A DNA stretch of 64,000 nt, from the NCBI GenBank assembly GCA_028694925.1, contig JAQVJW010000002.1, forward strand, positions 9,797-73,796. The letters run 5' to 3'. Below, one piece after another: positions 27,573 to 38,307 of the stretch (position 1 is its first letter; each line of letters starts with the position of its first letter). Source of the stretch: Patescibacteria group bacterium. Lineage in GTDB: Bacteria; Patescibacteriota; CPR2; UBA1875. Both the position numbers and the translations under genes were made by a program. The notes beneath the pieces are model-generated. The model worked only from the letters and a program-made list of their open reading frames with translations. It was not told the DNA's origin and did not search any database.

Positions 27573-30500
27573 ATGTCAGTTAAGGGGGTAGACCTGAAGA
27601 GGAAGGGAAAGACAGAAAAGGTTTTCTATAACCTCGGCTTATTCATAAATCGAGTTCGATTAGCATACCTTGAAGGGCTTAATAAAACGCATCTTAAGAT
27701 CCGTAAACTCCATGATGTGACCTACCAAAGAGGTGGGAAGTATAAGGCTTGGAGTGATAAACCATATTCATCCACTATTCACAAAACCGCTATGATAACT
27801 TTTATTGCTTCTTTTGTGATCTTTTCACTCGCCCAAAACATTTTCCCAAATCTCTTTAACCTCACAATCCCCAACAATGCCCTGGCGGGGTCAACTCAAG
27901 TTGTTTGGACGACCAAGGACCACTTTGAGAATAATGGCGCTACAAATTCCAATTATACTGGTGCGACAACCTCTACAGACGTGGTTATAAGTGGGGATAA
28001 CAATGATGTAACTGACTCCAATAATAATGACGATATAACACTTGGAAATCCTGATATAAATTTTGATACAATTTCGATATCTGAAGGTTATAATTATTCA
28101 TTAGCAATTAAGACTGATGGATCGCTATGGGCTTGGGGGTCTAACTCTAGTGGACAGCTTGGCTTGGGCGATACTACAACAAGGACAACACCAGTTCAAG
28201 TTGGTTCATCTATTGATTGGAGTTATATTGATACAGACGGTTCTTTGAATCCTAGTTCCTATGGCATTAAAACCGACGGCACATTATGGGCTTGGGGCGA
28301 AAATGAATGGCGACAACTTGGGCTCGGAGATACAACTGATAGATTAGTGCCCACTCAGGTGGGAACTTCCACAAACTGGAAAAGAGTTTCGGCTGGGGGT
28401 TCATTTGCGTTAGCAATTAAAACAGACGGCACATTGTGGGCTTGGGGGTCTAACTCTAGTGGACAGCTCGGCTTGGGCGATACTACAAATAGGTTGGTTC
28501 CAACCCAAGTGGGAGTCGGTGTGAATTGGGATTCCCTTGATACCGCTGAAGGAAGCTCCTTTGCAATAAAAACAGATGGCACATTATGGGCTTGGGGCGG
28601 CAATTATTATGGTCATCTTGGGCTCGGAGATACCACAAATAGGTTGGTTCCAACCCAAGTGGGATCTGATACTGATTGGAAGATCGTAAATACTGAAACA
28701 CCAAATATTTTTGGAGAAAGTTCTTTCGCAATAAAAAATGATGGAACATTGTGGGGTTGGGGCTATAATTATTCTGGTAGCTTGGGTTTAGGAGACACTA
28801 GTCCTAGACCTACTCCCACCCAAATCGGGACCGATACAAATTGGAAATATGTATTTGCGGGATCACATGCGGTAGGAATTAAAACAGACGGCACATTATG
28901 GGCTTGGGGGTCTAACTCTAGTGGAGAGCTTGGCTTGGGCGATACTACAAATAGGTTGGTTCCAACCCAAGTGGGATCTGATACTGATTGGAAGATGATT
29001 TCAGCTCCTAGGTCGACTACTATTGCTACCAAAACGAACAATACATTTTGGGGTTGGGGTTACAATGCTTATTCACAACTTGGTTTAGGCGATACAACAA
29101 ATAGGTTGGTCCCAACCCAAGTGGGATCTGATACGGATTGGCTTGGGGTTGTTGTGGAATATCCATCGACAGGTTCTCTTACAGAACTAAAAGTTGATGC
29201 TGGTTCTGGTAACAAAGCTTCTTGGGCTAGTGTCTCCTGGAACGAAGAAATACTTGCAAATACCGACATTATTTTTAACGTCCGCACTTCAGACGATAAT
29301 GCAACCTGGAGTGATTGGAGTGCTGATTTAACGACACCCGGTGGGTCTAGTTTATCTTCCGCTGACCCTTCTAGGTATCTTGAAATTAAGGTAACCCTTT
29401 CTAGTTCCGACGGACTCAACACCCCAACCCTAAATGATTTCACGGTTACCTACGACACCCTCGAAGCCCCGGTTAATGAAAACATCGTTCTTACAAAGAC
29501 CGATGACTCTAGCCTATATACTTCATCTGGTACCCTAGTATCAGGTGGCATAGCTGGTGCCTATAGTAACGAATCATCTCTAAGAATTTCTGCCACTGGT
29601 CTTACGTGTGGCGGAGGTGATTCTGGAGAGCCAGCTTGTGAAGGTACTTCTACAAACATTAGACCCGAGGTAGAAGTCTCAAACATCACTGATACAGACT
29701 TTTCAACCCCAGTCTTTACGGGAGAAGCCGCTCAAGGCTCTGACTACGTTGATGCTACGGGCCTTACGGCTGGTGAATCATATCATATTAGAGTTCGAGC
29801 GATTGATGATGAGGGAAGAGTCTCTGCTTGGACCAATTATGTTGGTGATGCTACGGCCATAACCATTGAACAAACCCCACCGACGGGGACGGTTGTGATT
29901 GATGAAGGGGAATATACTAAAGATGCCACAGTTAATTTGAATCTATCCGCAGCGGATGAAGGTGGCTCAGGGCTTTCCCAAATGCGATTTAGTAATTCTG
30001 GTGCTGAGGGGCAATGGAGTGATTGGGAAACATATGCAACCTCTAAGGCTTGGGATATTACAAATGCTACTTATGGTGGTAACACTAACGAAGAAGAAAA
30101 GACTGTTTATGTGCAGTATAAAGACAATGCAGGGAATATAAGTGGAACATGGCTACAGACGAGTGATGAGGATTTTAATGCAGGGACAAAAGACCAAATA
30201 TCTGTTTCAGGTGACTTATATAGACTAACGATGGATTGGATATTAGGTCCAGTGGCTGGGATTGAGGTATACAAAGAAGATCAAATTGGAGCAGCTTGGC
30301 AGACTTCAAACACTGACTGTCCCGCACCTCAATGCAACGGATCATATCTCGTTGATCCTTTTTTGAATCCAGAGGTTGATTTTTCGGCTTATCCTGCTCA
30401 GAATGCCTGTAAGAACATTGGGGGAAGATTGCCCACCCCTGGTGAATTGGGCGATATTTATACTTATAAGTTGGATTATGGTAATAACTTTACGTATCAT

Positions 30501-33500
30501 ACTTCTTTTTATCACTGGACAAATGCAGAAACCTTTCTAGGATCTGATGCTTTTTTCCAATATTTCTCCACTGGCCTCACTGGTGCCAGAGCGAAAAACC
30601 AGCTACATTATTCTAGGTGCGTAAGGAGCGAAGGAACTGGTTCAAATGAATATAGTACAACAGGGGTTTATACCTCTTCTGTTAAGGACAACATCAATTT
30701 CAAAAACTATAGCCGCTTACACTGGTCAGCTAATATTCCCTCAGAAACAGGCGCTGATGCGCTTCGATTCCAGGTAGCCTCAAATAACGACAATGTAACC
30801 TGGAACTATGTTGGCCCAGATGGAACGGCCGGGACATACTATGATGCCGACGACAATGGCATACAAATACATTCCTCGCACAACGGACACAGATATATAA
30901 GATATAAAGCCTATCTTCAAACAGCCAATTCTAGTTATACCCCCACTGTTTATGATGTTGGAATCGAAGTTCTAAGCATTAACGCTTCCATCCTTTACGA
31001 CCACACTCCTCCCGCAAACACTGAAGCAACTATCACCTATCCTACTGCTGGGGAATCGCTTATTGGTGCCACCGAAGAAGAGATAACCTGGGATGATACC
31101 AAAATAACCGACCCAGGCGATAATGCCTCTGGCCTTTTGGCTGATGGCACGACGGCCATTACCATTCAGTTTACTTCTGATAATGGTAACAACTGGAGTA
31201 CAGTAGAATCCGGTCTTCCTAACTCTGGCTCATATACCTGGACTGTCCCTAATAACTCAACCTGCGTTAACCAGTGTCGCATTGCCGTTCTGGCTCAAGA
31301 TAAAGCCGGTAATGAAAACACCCCTGCGGATGCCAATACTACCTCGGCCCTCTTTTCCATCATTGCCGACTCTCAAGCCCCTCAGTGGGATGCAGGAACA
31401 GTTCTTGACGTAAGTAACACCAAGTATATTAGTGGAGCCACTACTTGGACCGATGCTACCCCAACCCTATCCTGGACTCCTGCTCCAACTGACCCCGCCC
31501 CTGGAAGCGGTATTGCCGAATATGAAGTTATCTTTGAAGGTGCCACAGCCGAAACTATTACTGGTCTTACGACCACTGAAGCCACTCCAACTCTCGCAGA
31601 AGGAGTCCATGAGTGGTATGTAAACGCGATTGATGGGGCCGGCCTTTCTGCTAATACTAAAGATGAACTCTCACGTACGAAAACCATTTCGGTAGATGCC
31701 ACTGCTCCGAATGCAACCCTAAATATTATTTCCCTTACAGGTGGTGCGGCTACTAACTCTTGCACTGTAGCGATTAACCTTGCCGATCAGGTGGAAGTAG
31801 GTTCAGGGATTTCCTCGATCCAGTATTCCAATGACGAACTTATCTGGAGCTCCCTTGGCGAGGGTTCCACCTGGGATCTTTGTTCGGCCAGCTCTACTAA
31901 AGGTACAAAAACAGTCTACGCCCGCCTAATCGATAATGTGGCTAATCAACGAACCATTTCAAGTACCATCCTTTATGAAGATACACTACCCACGAACCCC
32001 TCTGCTGTAACGGCGACCCTTGTTCCCCCAGGGGATGTGCCATCTACCTATGTCGATGATGCTTGGGTTGGTAACTCCTCAATCTCTATCGAGTGGAGCG
32101 GTGAAATCGATCCTGAACCAAACTCAAGTGGCGTTGCGAGTTACGTTGTCTATCGCTCCACAGATAACGGTGCCTACACCGAAGTTTCGGCTGATTCGGC
32201 TTCCCCCTATGTAGATACGGGTCTCGTTGATGGTCATAATTACAAATATATTATTAAAGTGATTGATGATGCCGGTAATAGCTCCCTTTACCAGACAAAC
32301 CCAGTAATTGGGGAACTTAATGTAGCCGATATTACGAGTCCCGAGCCACCTGAAAATTTCAATGCCTCGGGAACAGATTCAACAACAATTGATGTTACCT
32401 GGAACTCGGCGCCGGAAAACTCAATCTCTCACTCTGGTAAGGCCGATAGCTATACAATTGAAAGAACGGCTGATAGTGCCTTGGGTTCTTCTGAGCCAAC
32501 TAATGATGATACCTGTAATACCTATACCTATTCTGATACCATTCAATCGCCAATTACTTTTGAGCAAGGTGGAGTTTATGATCCCGGTAACGATAAGTAT
32601 ACTATTACCGATACGGTTAATGCTGAAGAGTGGTACTACTACCGAATAAAAGCAATTGACGAAAGACCCTCTGACTCTGACTATACTTGTTTTAAGGCTC
32701 GCGGTAACTTTGCGCCTGAATTCCCTCAAGAGAATATCAACCTTAGTGCAGATACTGTGGTCCCTGGCGATGAAGTTACCATTACATTTACAGCAACTGA
32801 CTTTGATGGGGCCACCGACCTTGATACTGGTAATGCCATCCAACAACTTAAAATCCAAGATGGGGCCCTGGCCGAAGTCCTTGCCTATACCGAGGTTACC
32901 GAAAAAGAAGCATATAATGACGGTGCCCGTTATGGCTACACCTATACCTATGGCTACACTGTCCCAGAGACGGCTAAATACGGCACCTATACCGTAACCA
33001 TTAATGTGGCTGACTCTGTAGCAGTTGGTAGCCCGGGTGATAACTTCCATAATCAAACCAAACAAGTGCAGTTTAAGGTGCCACCAGCCGCTCCAACCTC
33101 ACTTTCGGCTACTGGCTATACCTCAACAAGTGTTAATCTTACCTGGACGGCTCCCGGGAATGCCGGAAACCAGGCTGGGCTTCGAGGGACTAACCCTTAC
33201 TCCGTAAAAAGAAGGTCTTATGGTAGCTCTGATCCTTTTGTTCATCTTGCCTATTCAAATGCCACCTCATATACTAACTCCGGTCTTGCCTTGGGGACTG
33301 CCTATGAATACCAAGTAGTTGCCTTTGATATCAATGGGAACGAGGGTCCCGCGTCAAATAACTCTAATGCTATTCCGCCAGCCCCAGCGACCCCAGCGTC
33401 AGCGACCGTGCGTGACGCTTCTCATACCTCAATCGATTTAGGGGGTACCTACCCATTACGTTACTTTGTGACTTGGGATGCGGTTACCGAATCATCTGTC

Positions 33501-35285
33501 CCTGACTTTAAAGGGTACAAAGTCTATCGAAGTACTGATGGTGGAGAGTATACCTATCTAGATACCATAGACTGTGACACCCTCGGTGAGAACCGGACTT
33601 ACTATTTAGACCTTCATACTGCCGCGGACGAAGGTACTTCTTATCAATATCAGGTTCATACCTGGGATGAAGCGGGAAACATTGGTGATGGGGTTACGAC
33701 CCTAGCGACTGATGCTAGTGTAACGCCGACTGTTACCACTCCAACTTTGGATTCTAAAGGTGTCAGTTGGATTAAGGTTAAGTGGACGACCGATCAAGAA
33801 GCATATAGCTTAGTAGAATACAAAAAAGCTGATGCTTCAAGTTATTCTATTGCTGGCCAAAAATCAATAATCACCGAAAAGACCGGTGATAGCTACCAAC
33901 ACACAGTAACTATTAGGGGACTTGAGAAGAACCAAGATTACAATATTCGGGTTAAATCTGTCAATCAAAGTAATATTATGAGCGCTTCATCAAACGAGAT
34001 TACAGTTAAAACTGAGAACTTTGCTATTAGTGATGTTAAAAAAGATATTAAGGCCTCATCGGCCACTATCTCTTGGAACACAGGTTCGGTACCTTCAAAT
34101 GCGATTGTTATCTATAACAAAATAGGCAGTGGAGCTCAGTCGGATACTTCTGATAACCCACCAAAAGAGACAATGAAGACAAGCCATTCCGTTGAGATTA
34201 GTAACCTTACTCCAGGGGACTATTCCTTCTACGTAAAGAGCTATGACGCTGAAGGAAACCTAGCCGAGGCTGGTAATACCAACCTATATACCTTCACTAT
34301 CACTGGTTTCGATACTGGTACCCTCTCAGACCCTAAGGCCGGTAAGATTGAAGAACAAGATATTACGGCAACAAGTGCCAAGATAACTTGGACCTCAACC
34401 GTCTCTACTTCATCCTGGGTAGACTATGGTACCACTTCGGGTAACTATGGTAAGAGTACCGGCTCCGATACCCTAACGATTGACCACATCGTTACCCTTG
34501 AAGGGTTAACCCCAGGTCAAACCTACTACTACATTGTTCGGGGCCTTGATGCTAATGGGACCGAGTACAAGTCTCAGGAGTATTCTTTTGTTGCTCTTGC
34601 TCGTCCTTCTATCTCAAATGTTGAAGTTCTCGAAGTTACCTCATATACCGCGCGTATTAGGGTCGAGGTCACGAAAGAGACCGAAGCCTCAATTACTTAC
34701 GGGATTAATGGTGCCTTTAATGAGAAAGCAGGGGGCGGCTCACTAGCTCGAGTTCATGATATTGAGCTTACAAACCTTACTGATAAATCAAACTACTCTT
34801 TCTATGTTGATGTTAAGGATAGTGCTGGAAATACGGCCAAGAGTGAGACCAAAACCTTCAAAACCCCACTTGATACAACTGGTCCTACCATCTCCTCGGT
34901 TAAGATAGACCTTCTTCCAATTGGAGAGAGTGATGAATATGCCCAAGCAATCATCTCCTGGACTACTGATAAGCCAGCCACTACCTTAGTTATGTATGAC
35001 GAAGGGGTTATTGGTGGAGAGTATGGTTCATCCTCAATCGAAGACACCTCCTTAAATACCGCCCACACCGTGATTGTAAAAGAGCTTTTACCTTCTACTA
35101 CCTACAGGTTTCAACTGGTTTCAAAAGACAAACGAGGGAATGAGTCGAAATCAGCAGACTACAACTTTGTTACCCCATCTCGTGAGAAATCTATCCTACA
35201 GCTCATCTTAAAGTCACTCGAGGAGACCTTCTCCTGGGTTCGTAATGTGGGGGGATTCTTTAGGAATATAGGGGAGAAGTTTTAA
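27573..35285 (+). CDS. Giant surface protein (about 2,570 aa) with N-terminal RCC1-like beta-propeller repeats followed by many fibronectin-III/Ig-like domains
   Basis: More than 8 tandem DGTLWAWGSNSSGQLGLGDTTNRLVPTQVG RCC1-type repeats, then repeated blocks with WT/WTS/YYY motifs. The start is uncertain: the ORF track uses TTG at 27540, the first ATG is at 27573, and a TM/signal-anchor segment (MITFIASFVIFSLA) lies about 85 aa in. Confidence 0.75.
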   Translation: MSVKGVDLKRKGKTEKVFYNLGLFINRVRLAYLEGLNKTHLKIRKLHDVTYQRGGKYKAWSDKPYSSTIHKTAMITFIASFVIFSLAQNIFPNLFNLTIPNNALAGSTQVVWTTKDHFENNGATNSNYTGATTSTDVVISGDNNDVTDSNNNDDITLGNPDINFDTISISEGYNYSLAIKTDGSLWAWGSNSSGQLGLGDTTTRTTPVQVGSSIDWSYIDTDGSLNPSSYGIKTDGTLWAWGENEWRQLGLGDTTDRLVPTQVGTSTNWKRVSAGGSFALAIKTDGTLWAWGSNSSGQLGLGDTTNRLVPTQVGVGVNWDSLDTAEGSSFAIKTDGTLWAWGGNYYGHLGLGDTTNRLVPTQVGSDTDWKIVNTETPNIFGESSFAIKNDGTLWGWGYNYSGSLGLGDTSPRPTPTQIGTDTNWKYVFAGSHAVGIKTDGTLWAWGSNSSGELGLGDTTNRLVPTQVGSDTDWKMISAPRSTTIATKTNNTFWGWGYNAYSQLGLGDTTNRLVPTQVGSDTDWLGVVVEYPSTGSLTELKVDAGSGNKASWASVSWNEEILANTDIIFNVRTSDDNATWSDWSADLTTPGGSSLSSADPSRYLEIKVTLSSSDGLNTPTLNDFTVTYDTLEAPVNENIVLTKTDDSSLYTSSGTLVSGGIAGAYSNESSLRISATGLTCGGGDSGEPACEGTSTNIRPEVEVSNITDTDFSTPVFTGEAAQGSDYVDATGLTAGESYHIRVRAIDDEGRVSAWTNYVGDATAITIEQTPPTGTVVIDEGEYTKDATVNLNLSAADEGGSGLSQMRFSNSGAEGQWSDWETYATSKAWDITNATYGGNTNEEEKTVYVQYKDNAGNISGTWLQTSDEDFNAGTKDQISVSGDLYRLTMDWILGPVAGIEVYKEDQIGAAWQTSNTDCPAPQCNGSYLVDPFLNPEVDFSAYPAQNACKNIGGRLPTPGELGDIYTYKLDYGNNFTYHTSFYHWTNAETFLGSDAFFQYFSTGLTGARAKNQLHYSRCVRSEGTGSNEYSTTGVYTSSVKDNINFKNYSRLHWSANIPSETGADALRFQVASNNDNVTWNYVGPDGTAGTYYDADDNGIQIHSSHNGHRYIRYKAYLQTANSSYTPTVYDVGIEVLSINASILYDHTPPANTEATITYPTAGESLIGATEEEITWDDTKITDPGDNASGLLADGTTAITIQFTSDNGNNWSTVESGLPNSGSYTWTVPNNSTCVNQCRIAVLAQDKAGNENTPADANTTSALFSIIADSQAPQWDAGTVLDVSNTKYISGATTWTDATPTLSWTPAPTDPAPGSGIAEYEVIFEGATAETITGLTTTEATPTLAEGVHEWYVNAIDGAGLSANTKDELSRTKTISVDATAPNATLNIISLTGGAATNSCTVAINLADQVEVGSGISSIQYSNDELIWSSLGEGSTWDLCSASSTKGTKTVYARLIDNVANQRTISSTILYEDTLPTNPSAVTATLVPPGDVPSTYVDDAWVGNSSISIEWSGEIDPEPNSSGVASYVVYRSTDNGAYTEVSADSASPYVDTGLVDGHNYKYIIKVIDDAGNSSLYQTNPVIGELNVADITSPEPPENFNASGTDSTTIDVTWNSAPENSISHSGKADSYTIERTADSALGSSEPTNDDTCNTYTYSDTIQSPITFEQGGVYDPGNDKYTITDTVNAEEWYYYRIKAIDERPSDSDYTCFKARGNFAPEFPQENINLSADTVVPGDEVTITFTATDFDGATDLDTGNAIQQLKIQDGALAEVLAYTEVTEKEAYNDGARYGYTYTYGYTVPETAKYGTYTVTINVADSVAVGSPGDNFHNQTKQVQFKVPPAAPTSLSATGYTSTSVNLTWTAPGNAGNQAGLRGTNPYSVKRRSYGSSDPFVHLAYSNATSYTNSGLALGTAYEYQVVAFDINGNEGPASNNSNAIPPAPATPASATVRDASHTSIDLGGTYPLRYFVTWDAVTESSVPDFKGYKVYRSTDGGEYTYLDTIDCDTLGENRTYYLDLHTAADEGTSYQYQVHTWDEAGNIGDGVTTLATDASVTPTVTTPTLDSKGVSWIKVKWTTDQEAYSLVEYKKADASSYSIAGQKSIITEKTGDSYQHTVTIRGLEKNQDYNIRVKSVNQSNIMSASSNEITVKTENFAISDVKKDIKASSATISWNTGSVPSNAIVIYNKIGSGAQSDTSDNPPKETMKTSHSVEISNLTPGDYSFYVKSYDAEGNLAEAGNTNLYTFTITGFDTGTLSDPKAGKIEEQDITATSAKITWTSTVSTSSWVDYGTTSGNYGKSTGSDTLTIDHIVTLEGLTPGQTYYYIVRGLDANGTEYKSQEYSFVALARPSISNVEVLEVTSYTARIRVEVTKETEASITYGINGAFNEKAGGGSLARVHDIELTNLTDKSNYSFYVDVKDSAGNTAKSETKTFKTPLDTTGPTISSVKIDLLPIGESDEYAQAIISWTTDKPATTLVMYDEGVIGGEYGSSSIEDTSLNTAHTVIVKELLPSTTYRFQLVSKDKRGNESKSADYNFVTPSREKSILQLILKSLEETFSWVRNVGGFFRNIGEKF
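28080..29160 (+). repeat. Near-identical tandem DNA repeats of about 150-160 nt encoding the RCC1 blades
   Basis: Long exact matches, for example 28421-28510 against 28881-28985 and 28621-28690 against 28941-29000. Confidence 0.8.
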
Positions 35286-35336
35286 GGTTGAAAATGATTA
35301 CAGGAAAAGATAAACTAGATACAGTTAAGGAGGGAA

Positions 35337-36287
35337 ATGGCCCGAACACCAGTTATTAAAACGAGTGGCCTAGAGAAGACCTTTGATTTAGGGGCCGTTA
35401 AGGTAACAGCACTATCCGGGGTAAATCTTGAGATATATTCAGGTGAGTTTATCGTCTTTTTTGGCCCCTCTGGTTGCGGTAAATCTACCTTAATGAGCAT
35501 GATTGCCGGACTTCAACCACCTTCTGGGGGTAAGATTTGGATTCGTGGTGAGAATCTTGGGGAATATAATGAAAATCAACTGGCAGAATACCGAAGAACG
35601 AAGATTGGGATGGTTTTTCAGGCTTTTAACCTCATTACTAGTATGAATATTGTCGAAAATATCGCGCTTCCTTTGTCTTTTGCTCGGATTCCAAGGAAGA
35701 GAAGGATTAATAGGGCGGAGAATCTTCTTGAGACAGTTGCGATGAGCGATTACAAGCATCATACCCCATCAGAGCTCTCTGGTGGGCAACAGCAGCGGAT
35801 TGCCCTTGCTCGGAGTCTTGTCGCGAACCCCTGGATTGTCCTTGCCGATGAGCCAACCGGTAACCTCGATTCAAAATCAGCTAACGATGTCATGAGACTT
35901 TTAATTAAGTTAAATCGTAAATCAAAAAGAACCGTTATCCTGATTACTCACAACCCAGAATACTTGGTTTATGCCGATAGGGTTTTTCGTCTTAAGGATG
36001 GTAAGGTTGTCGATGTTGAGGTCAACAGTGACGCCAAGACCGAGATAGTGCCGGAGACGAAGAAGGATGAAGGAAAGGAAAACAAGAAAAAGGGGAAGAG
36101 GGGAAAAAAGAAAGAGCAAGAAGAGCAAGAAGAGGCCGATACTATACCAGAGTCATCACCTCCCCTGGATGATACGGATACCCCACTTGATGTAACGAGT
36201 GATTTTGACGAAACCGAAGAAAAGTCGAAAGAAAAGAAAGATAAGAAAAAGAAGGCTAAGATGAAGCCTATGAGGATCGGGGAATGA
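35337..36287 (+). CDS. ABC transporter ATP-binding protein (MacB/LolD-type) with a K/E-rich low-complexity C-terminal tail
   Basis: [25 protein letters not shown] and [11 protein letters not shown]. The tail of about 90 aa is charged. Confidence 0.9.
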   Translation: MARTPVIKTSGLEKTFDLGAVKVTALSGVNLEIYSGEFIVFFGPSGCGKSTLMSMIAGLQPPSGGKIWIRGENLGEYNENQLAEYRRTKIGMVFQAFNLITSMNIVENIALPLSFARIPRKRRINRAENLLETVAMSDYKHHTPSELSGGQQQRIALARSLVANPWIVLADEPTGNLDSKSANDVMRLLIKLNRKSKRTVILITHNPEYLVYADRVFRLKDGKVVDVEVNSDAKTEIVPETKKDEGKENKKKGKRGKKKEQEEQEEADTIPESSPPLDDTDTPLDVTSDFDETEEKSKEKKDKKKKAKMKPMRIGE

Positions 36288-37465
36288 GATTTATTGATAT
36301 CCTAAGGATGGCTCTTGGCAATCTGCGCCGTAATAAGATGCGAACCACTCTTACAGTGGCTGGGGTAGTAGTTGGTATCGGAGCGATTGTTTTCTTGGTC
36401 TCCTTGGGCTTTGGGCTACAGGATTTGATGGTCCGAAAGGTGGCTAATCTTGAGGCCCTAACGATGATTAAAGTATCACCCGGGAATGAAGAAGGGCAAC
36501 TTCTTACTGAAGAAGTAGCCGATAGGATAAAAGGATTTGGGGAGGTAACCGATACTTCTCGTATCCTCTCAAGCCCGGGCTCGTTTCAGTATAATGATTC
36601 ATTCTCAGACCCCTTAATTGCCGGAGTTGAACCCCAGTACATGGCGCTTGAAGAGCTCTCGATGGTGAATGGGACCCAAGAACTTAGTGAGGCGGATGTT
36701 ATACTCTCGACCGCGGCCCTTGATGCCATTGCCCTTTCCGCCGATGACGCAATCGGTAAAGAGATAGAGCTTGATGTCTACAAGCGAGATGAAGTTGGGG
36801 AAATTACTCAGAATAAAGAGACATTAAATCTTAAAATTGTTGGGGTTTTTGATTTTGAAAAGACCAAGAAAGGCTACGTCCACTTCAATAATCTAAAAAA
36901 GATAGGTAAGACCCCATATTCAGAGATCAAGGTAAAAGTGGCCGAAAGAAACCAGGTTACAAATGTCAGAAAGACGATCGAATCGATGGGTTATCCTACT
37001 ACTTCAGTCAAAGATACGGTAGATCAGATAGACCAAGCCTTTATGATTATTAAATCGGTATTGGGTGGCTTTGGAATGATTGCCCTCTTTGTTGCCGCGA
37101 TTGGTATTTTTAACACGATGACCATCTCGCTTCTTGAGAGGACTCATGAGATTGGCGTAATGAAAGCCATAGGAGGGCGAAACAAAGATGTCTCCCGAGT
37201 ATTTACAACCGAAGCGGCTACAATCGGACTCTTGGGTGGTATCTTTGGAGTATTAGCCGGCTATCTTCTTGGGGTCTTGCTTGGAGGGCTGGTGAACTTT
37301 ATCGCTACAAGTGTTGGTGGGGAAGCAAATGACTACTTTTCACTCCCAATTGACTTTATCCTGATCGTCGTTGCCTTTTCTTTTGTAGTTTCAACAGTCG
37401 CTGGGATTTATCCGGCCAGAAGAGCGGCTAAGCTTAATCCGCTTGAAGCTCTTCGTTACGAATAG
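36284..37465 (+). CDS. ABC transporter permease, FtsX/MacB-like
   Basis: N-terminal TM, a periplasmic domain and a C-terminal FtsX four-TM bundle ending PLEALRYE. Overlaps the ATPase gene by 4 nt. Confidence 0.85.
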   Translation: MRFIDILRMALGNLRRNKMRTTLTVAGVVVGIGAIVFLVSLGFGLQDLMVRKVANLEALTMIKVSPGNEEGQLLTEEVADRIKGFGEVTDTSRILSSPGSFQYNDSFSDPLIAGVEPQYMALEELSMVNGTQELSEADVILSTAALDAIALSADDAIGKEIELDVYKRDEVGEITQNKETLNLKIVGVFDFEKTKKGYVHFNNLKKIGKTPYSEIKVKVAERNQVTNVRKTIESMGYPTTSVKDTVDQIDQAFMIIKSVLGGFGMIALFVAAIGIFNTMTISLLERTHEIGVMKAIGGRNKDVSRVFTTEAATIGLLGGIFGVLAGYLLGVLLGGLVNFIATSVGGEANDYFSLPIDFILIVVAFSFVVSTVAGIYPARRAAKLNPLEALRYE

Positions 37466-37518
37466 AGCGTTTGGTTGGGGTGGATAATTTAACCAATACA
37501 ACCACTAGGATAAAATAA

Positions 37519-38307
37519 TTAGGTAATGAGTGGCTTTTCCCATCCAAAACAAGTTTCAGTATTTTTTAAGGCCTTGAAGGCAATCGCAGATGAAGGGTCT
37601 GCTTTCCTAAAATCAATAAGAAGCTCGACGCAACTACTAATAAATTCACCAACCGTTCCGTTAGAATCGTCAACGCCACCATGACTAAGTTTTCTATCAA
37701 GCTTTAGCAAGGTGTCTAGGACGAGTTTTGCTGATGACTTACTGGCCGGTAGCTGGGAGAATAATGCCGAAAGCCTATTGCATCCTTCCTCTAAAGAATT
37801 TTGATACTGAAACCAAATCTTTGACGGGCCGTTATATGTTTTGATATAACGGCTCGCTTCTGTAATTTTCTTTTTTAATTCTGCGATTTTGTTCGGGTCA
37901 ATTTCACCAACTAGACCCGAAAATGACAGGTTATTGTGCTGTTTTTTATCTTCTTTAGAGAGTTTTTTACCATCCATAACTGCCCATATAGCAACAGCAA
38001 CCACATGCTTACAAAGATAATCCTTTTGACCTAAGTAGCAGTTACAATCGGCATAGTTGAAATCCTTCATCGACACAAAAACATCATAGATGGTAGTACC
38101 TGCTACCTTTGCAGAAAATCCCTTAAAGACCTTATGAAATTCCTTGATTTTTCTAGACTCATAGATACCAACTGCCCGTTGGAAGGTTTTTTCATCAGTC
38201 GAAAACTTTATTTTATCTAAATCAAAATAGGGCCTGATATTTTCGAAATTAGATGGCATAATTTTCTCTAGCATATTTTGCCTGGGAGATAAATACATCT
38301 TTTGCAT
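37519..38307 (-). CDS. SWIM zinc-finger domain protein
   Basis: CNCYLGQKDYLCKHVVAV matches the SWIM pattern CxCxnCxH. Overlaps the upstream Fic gene. Confidence 0.6.
   Translation of the reverse strand: MQKMYLSPRQNMLEKIMPSNFENIRPYFDLDKIKFSTDEKTFQRAVGIYESRKIKEFHKVFKGFSAKVAGTTIYDVFVSMKDFNYADCNCYLGQKDYLCKHVVAVAIWAVMDGKKLSKEDKKQHNNLSFSGLVGEIDPNKIAELKKKITEASRYIKTYNGPSKIWFQYQNSLEEGCNRLSALFSQLPASKSSAKLVLDTLLKLDRKLSHGGVDDSNGTVGEFISSCVELLIDFRKADPSSAIAFKALKNTETCFGWEKPLIT

Noticed and set aside
28080-29160. Regularly spaced direct repeats that could be mistaken for a CRISPR array
   Set aside because: The repeats are about 150 nt long, they are in frame inside the giant ORF and encode RCC1 blades, and there is no short-repeat/spacer periodicity.
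32421-33065. 214-aa minus-strand ORF, with several others (28355..29443, 31382..31765)
   Set aside because: They lie antisense inside the continuous 7.7-kb surface-protein ORF, and their low-complexity translations are typical of shadow ORFs.
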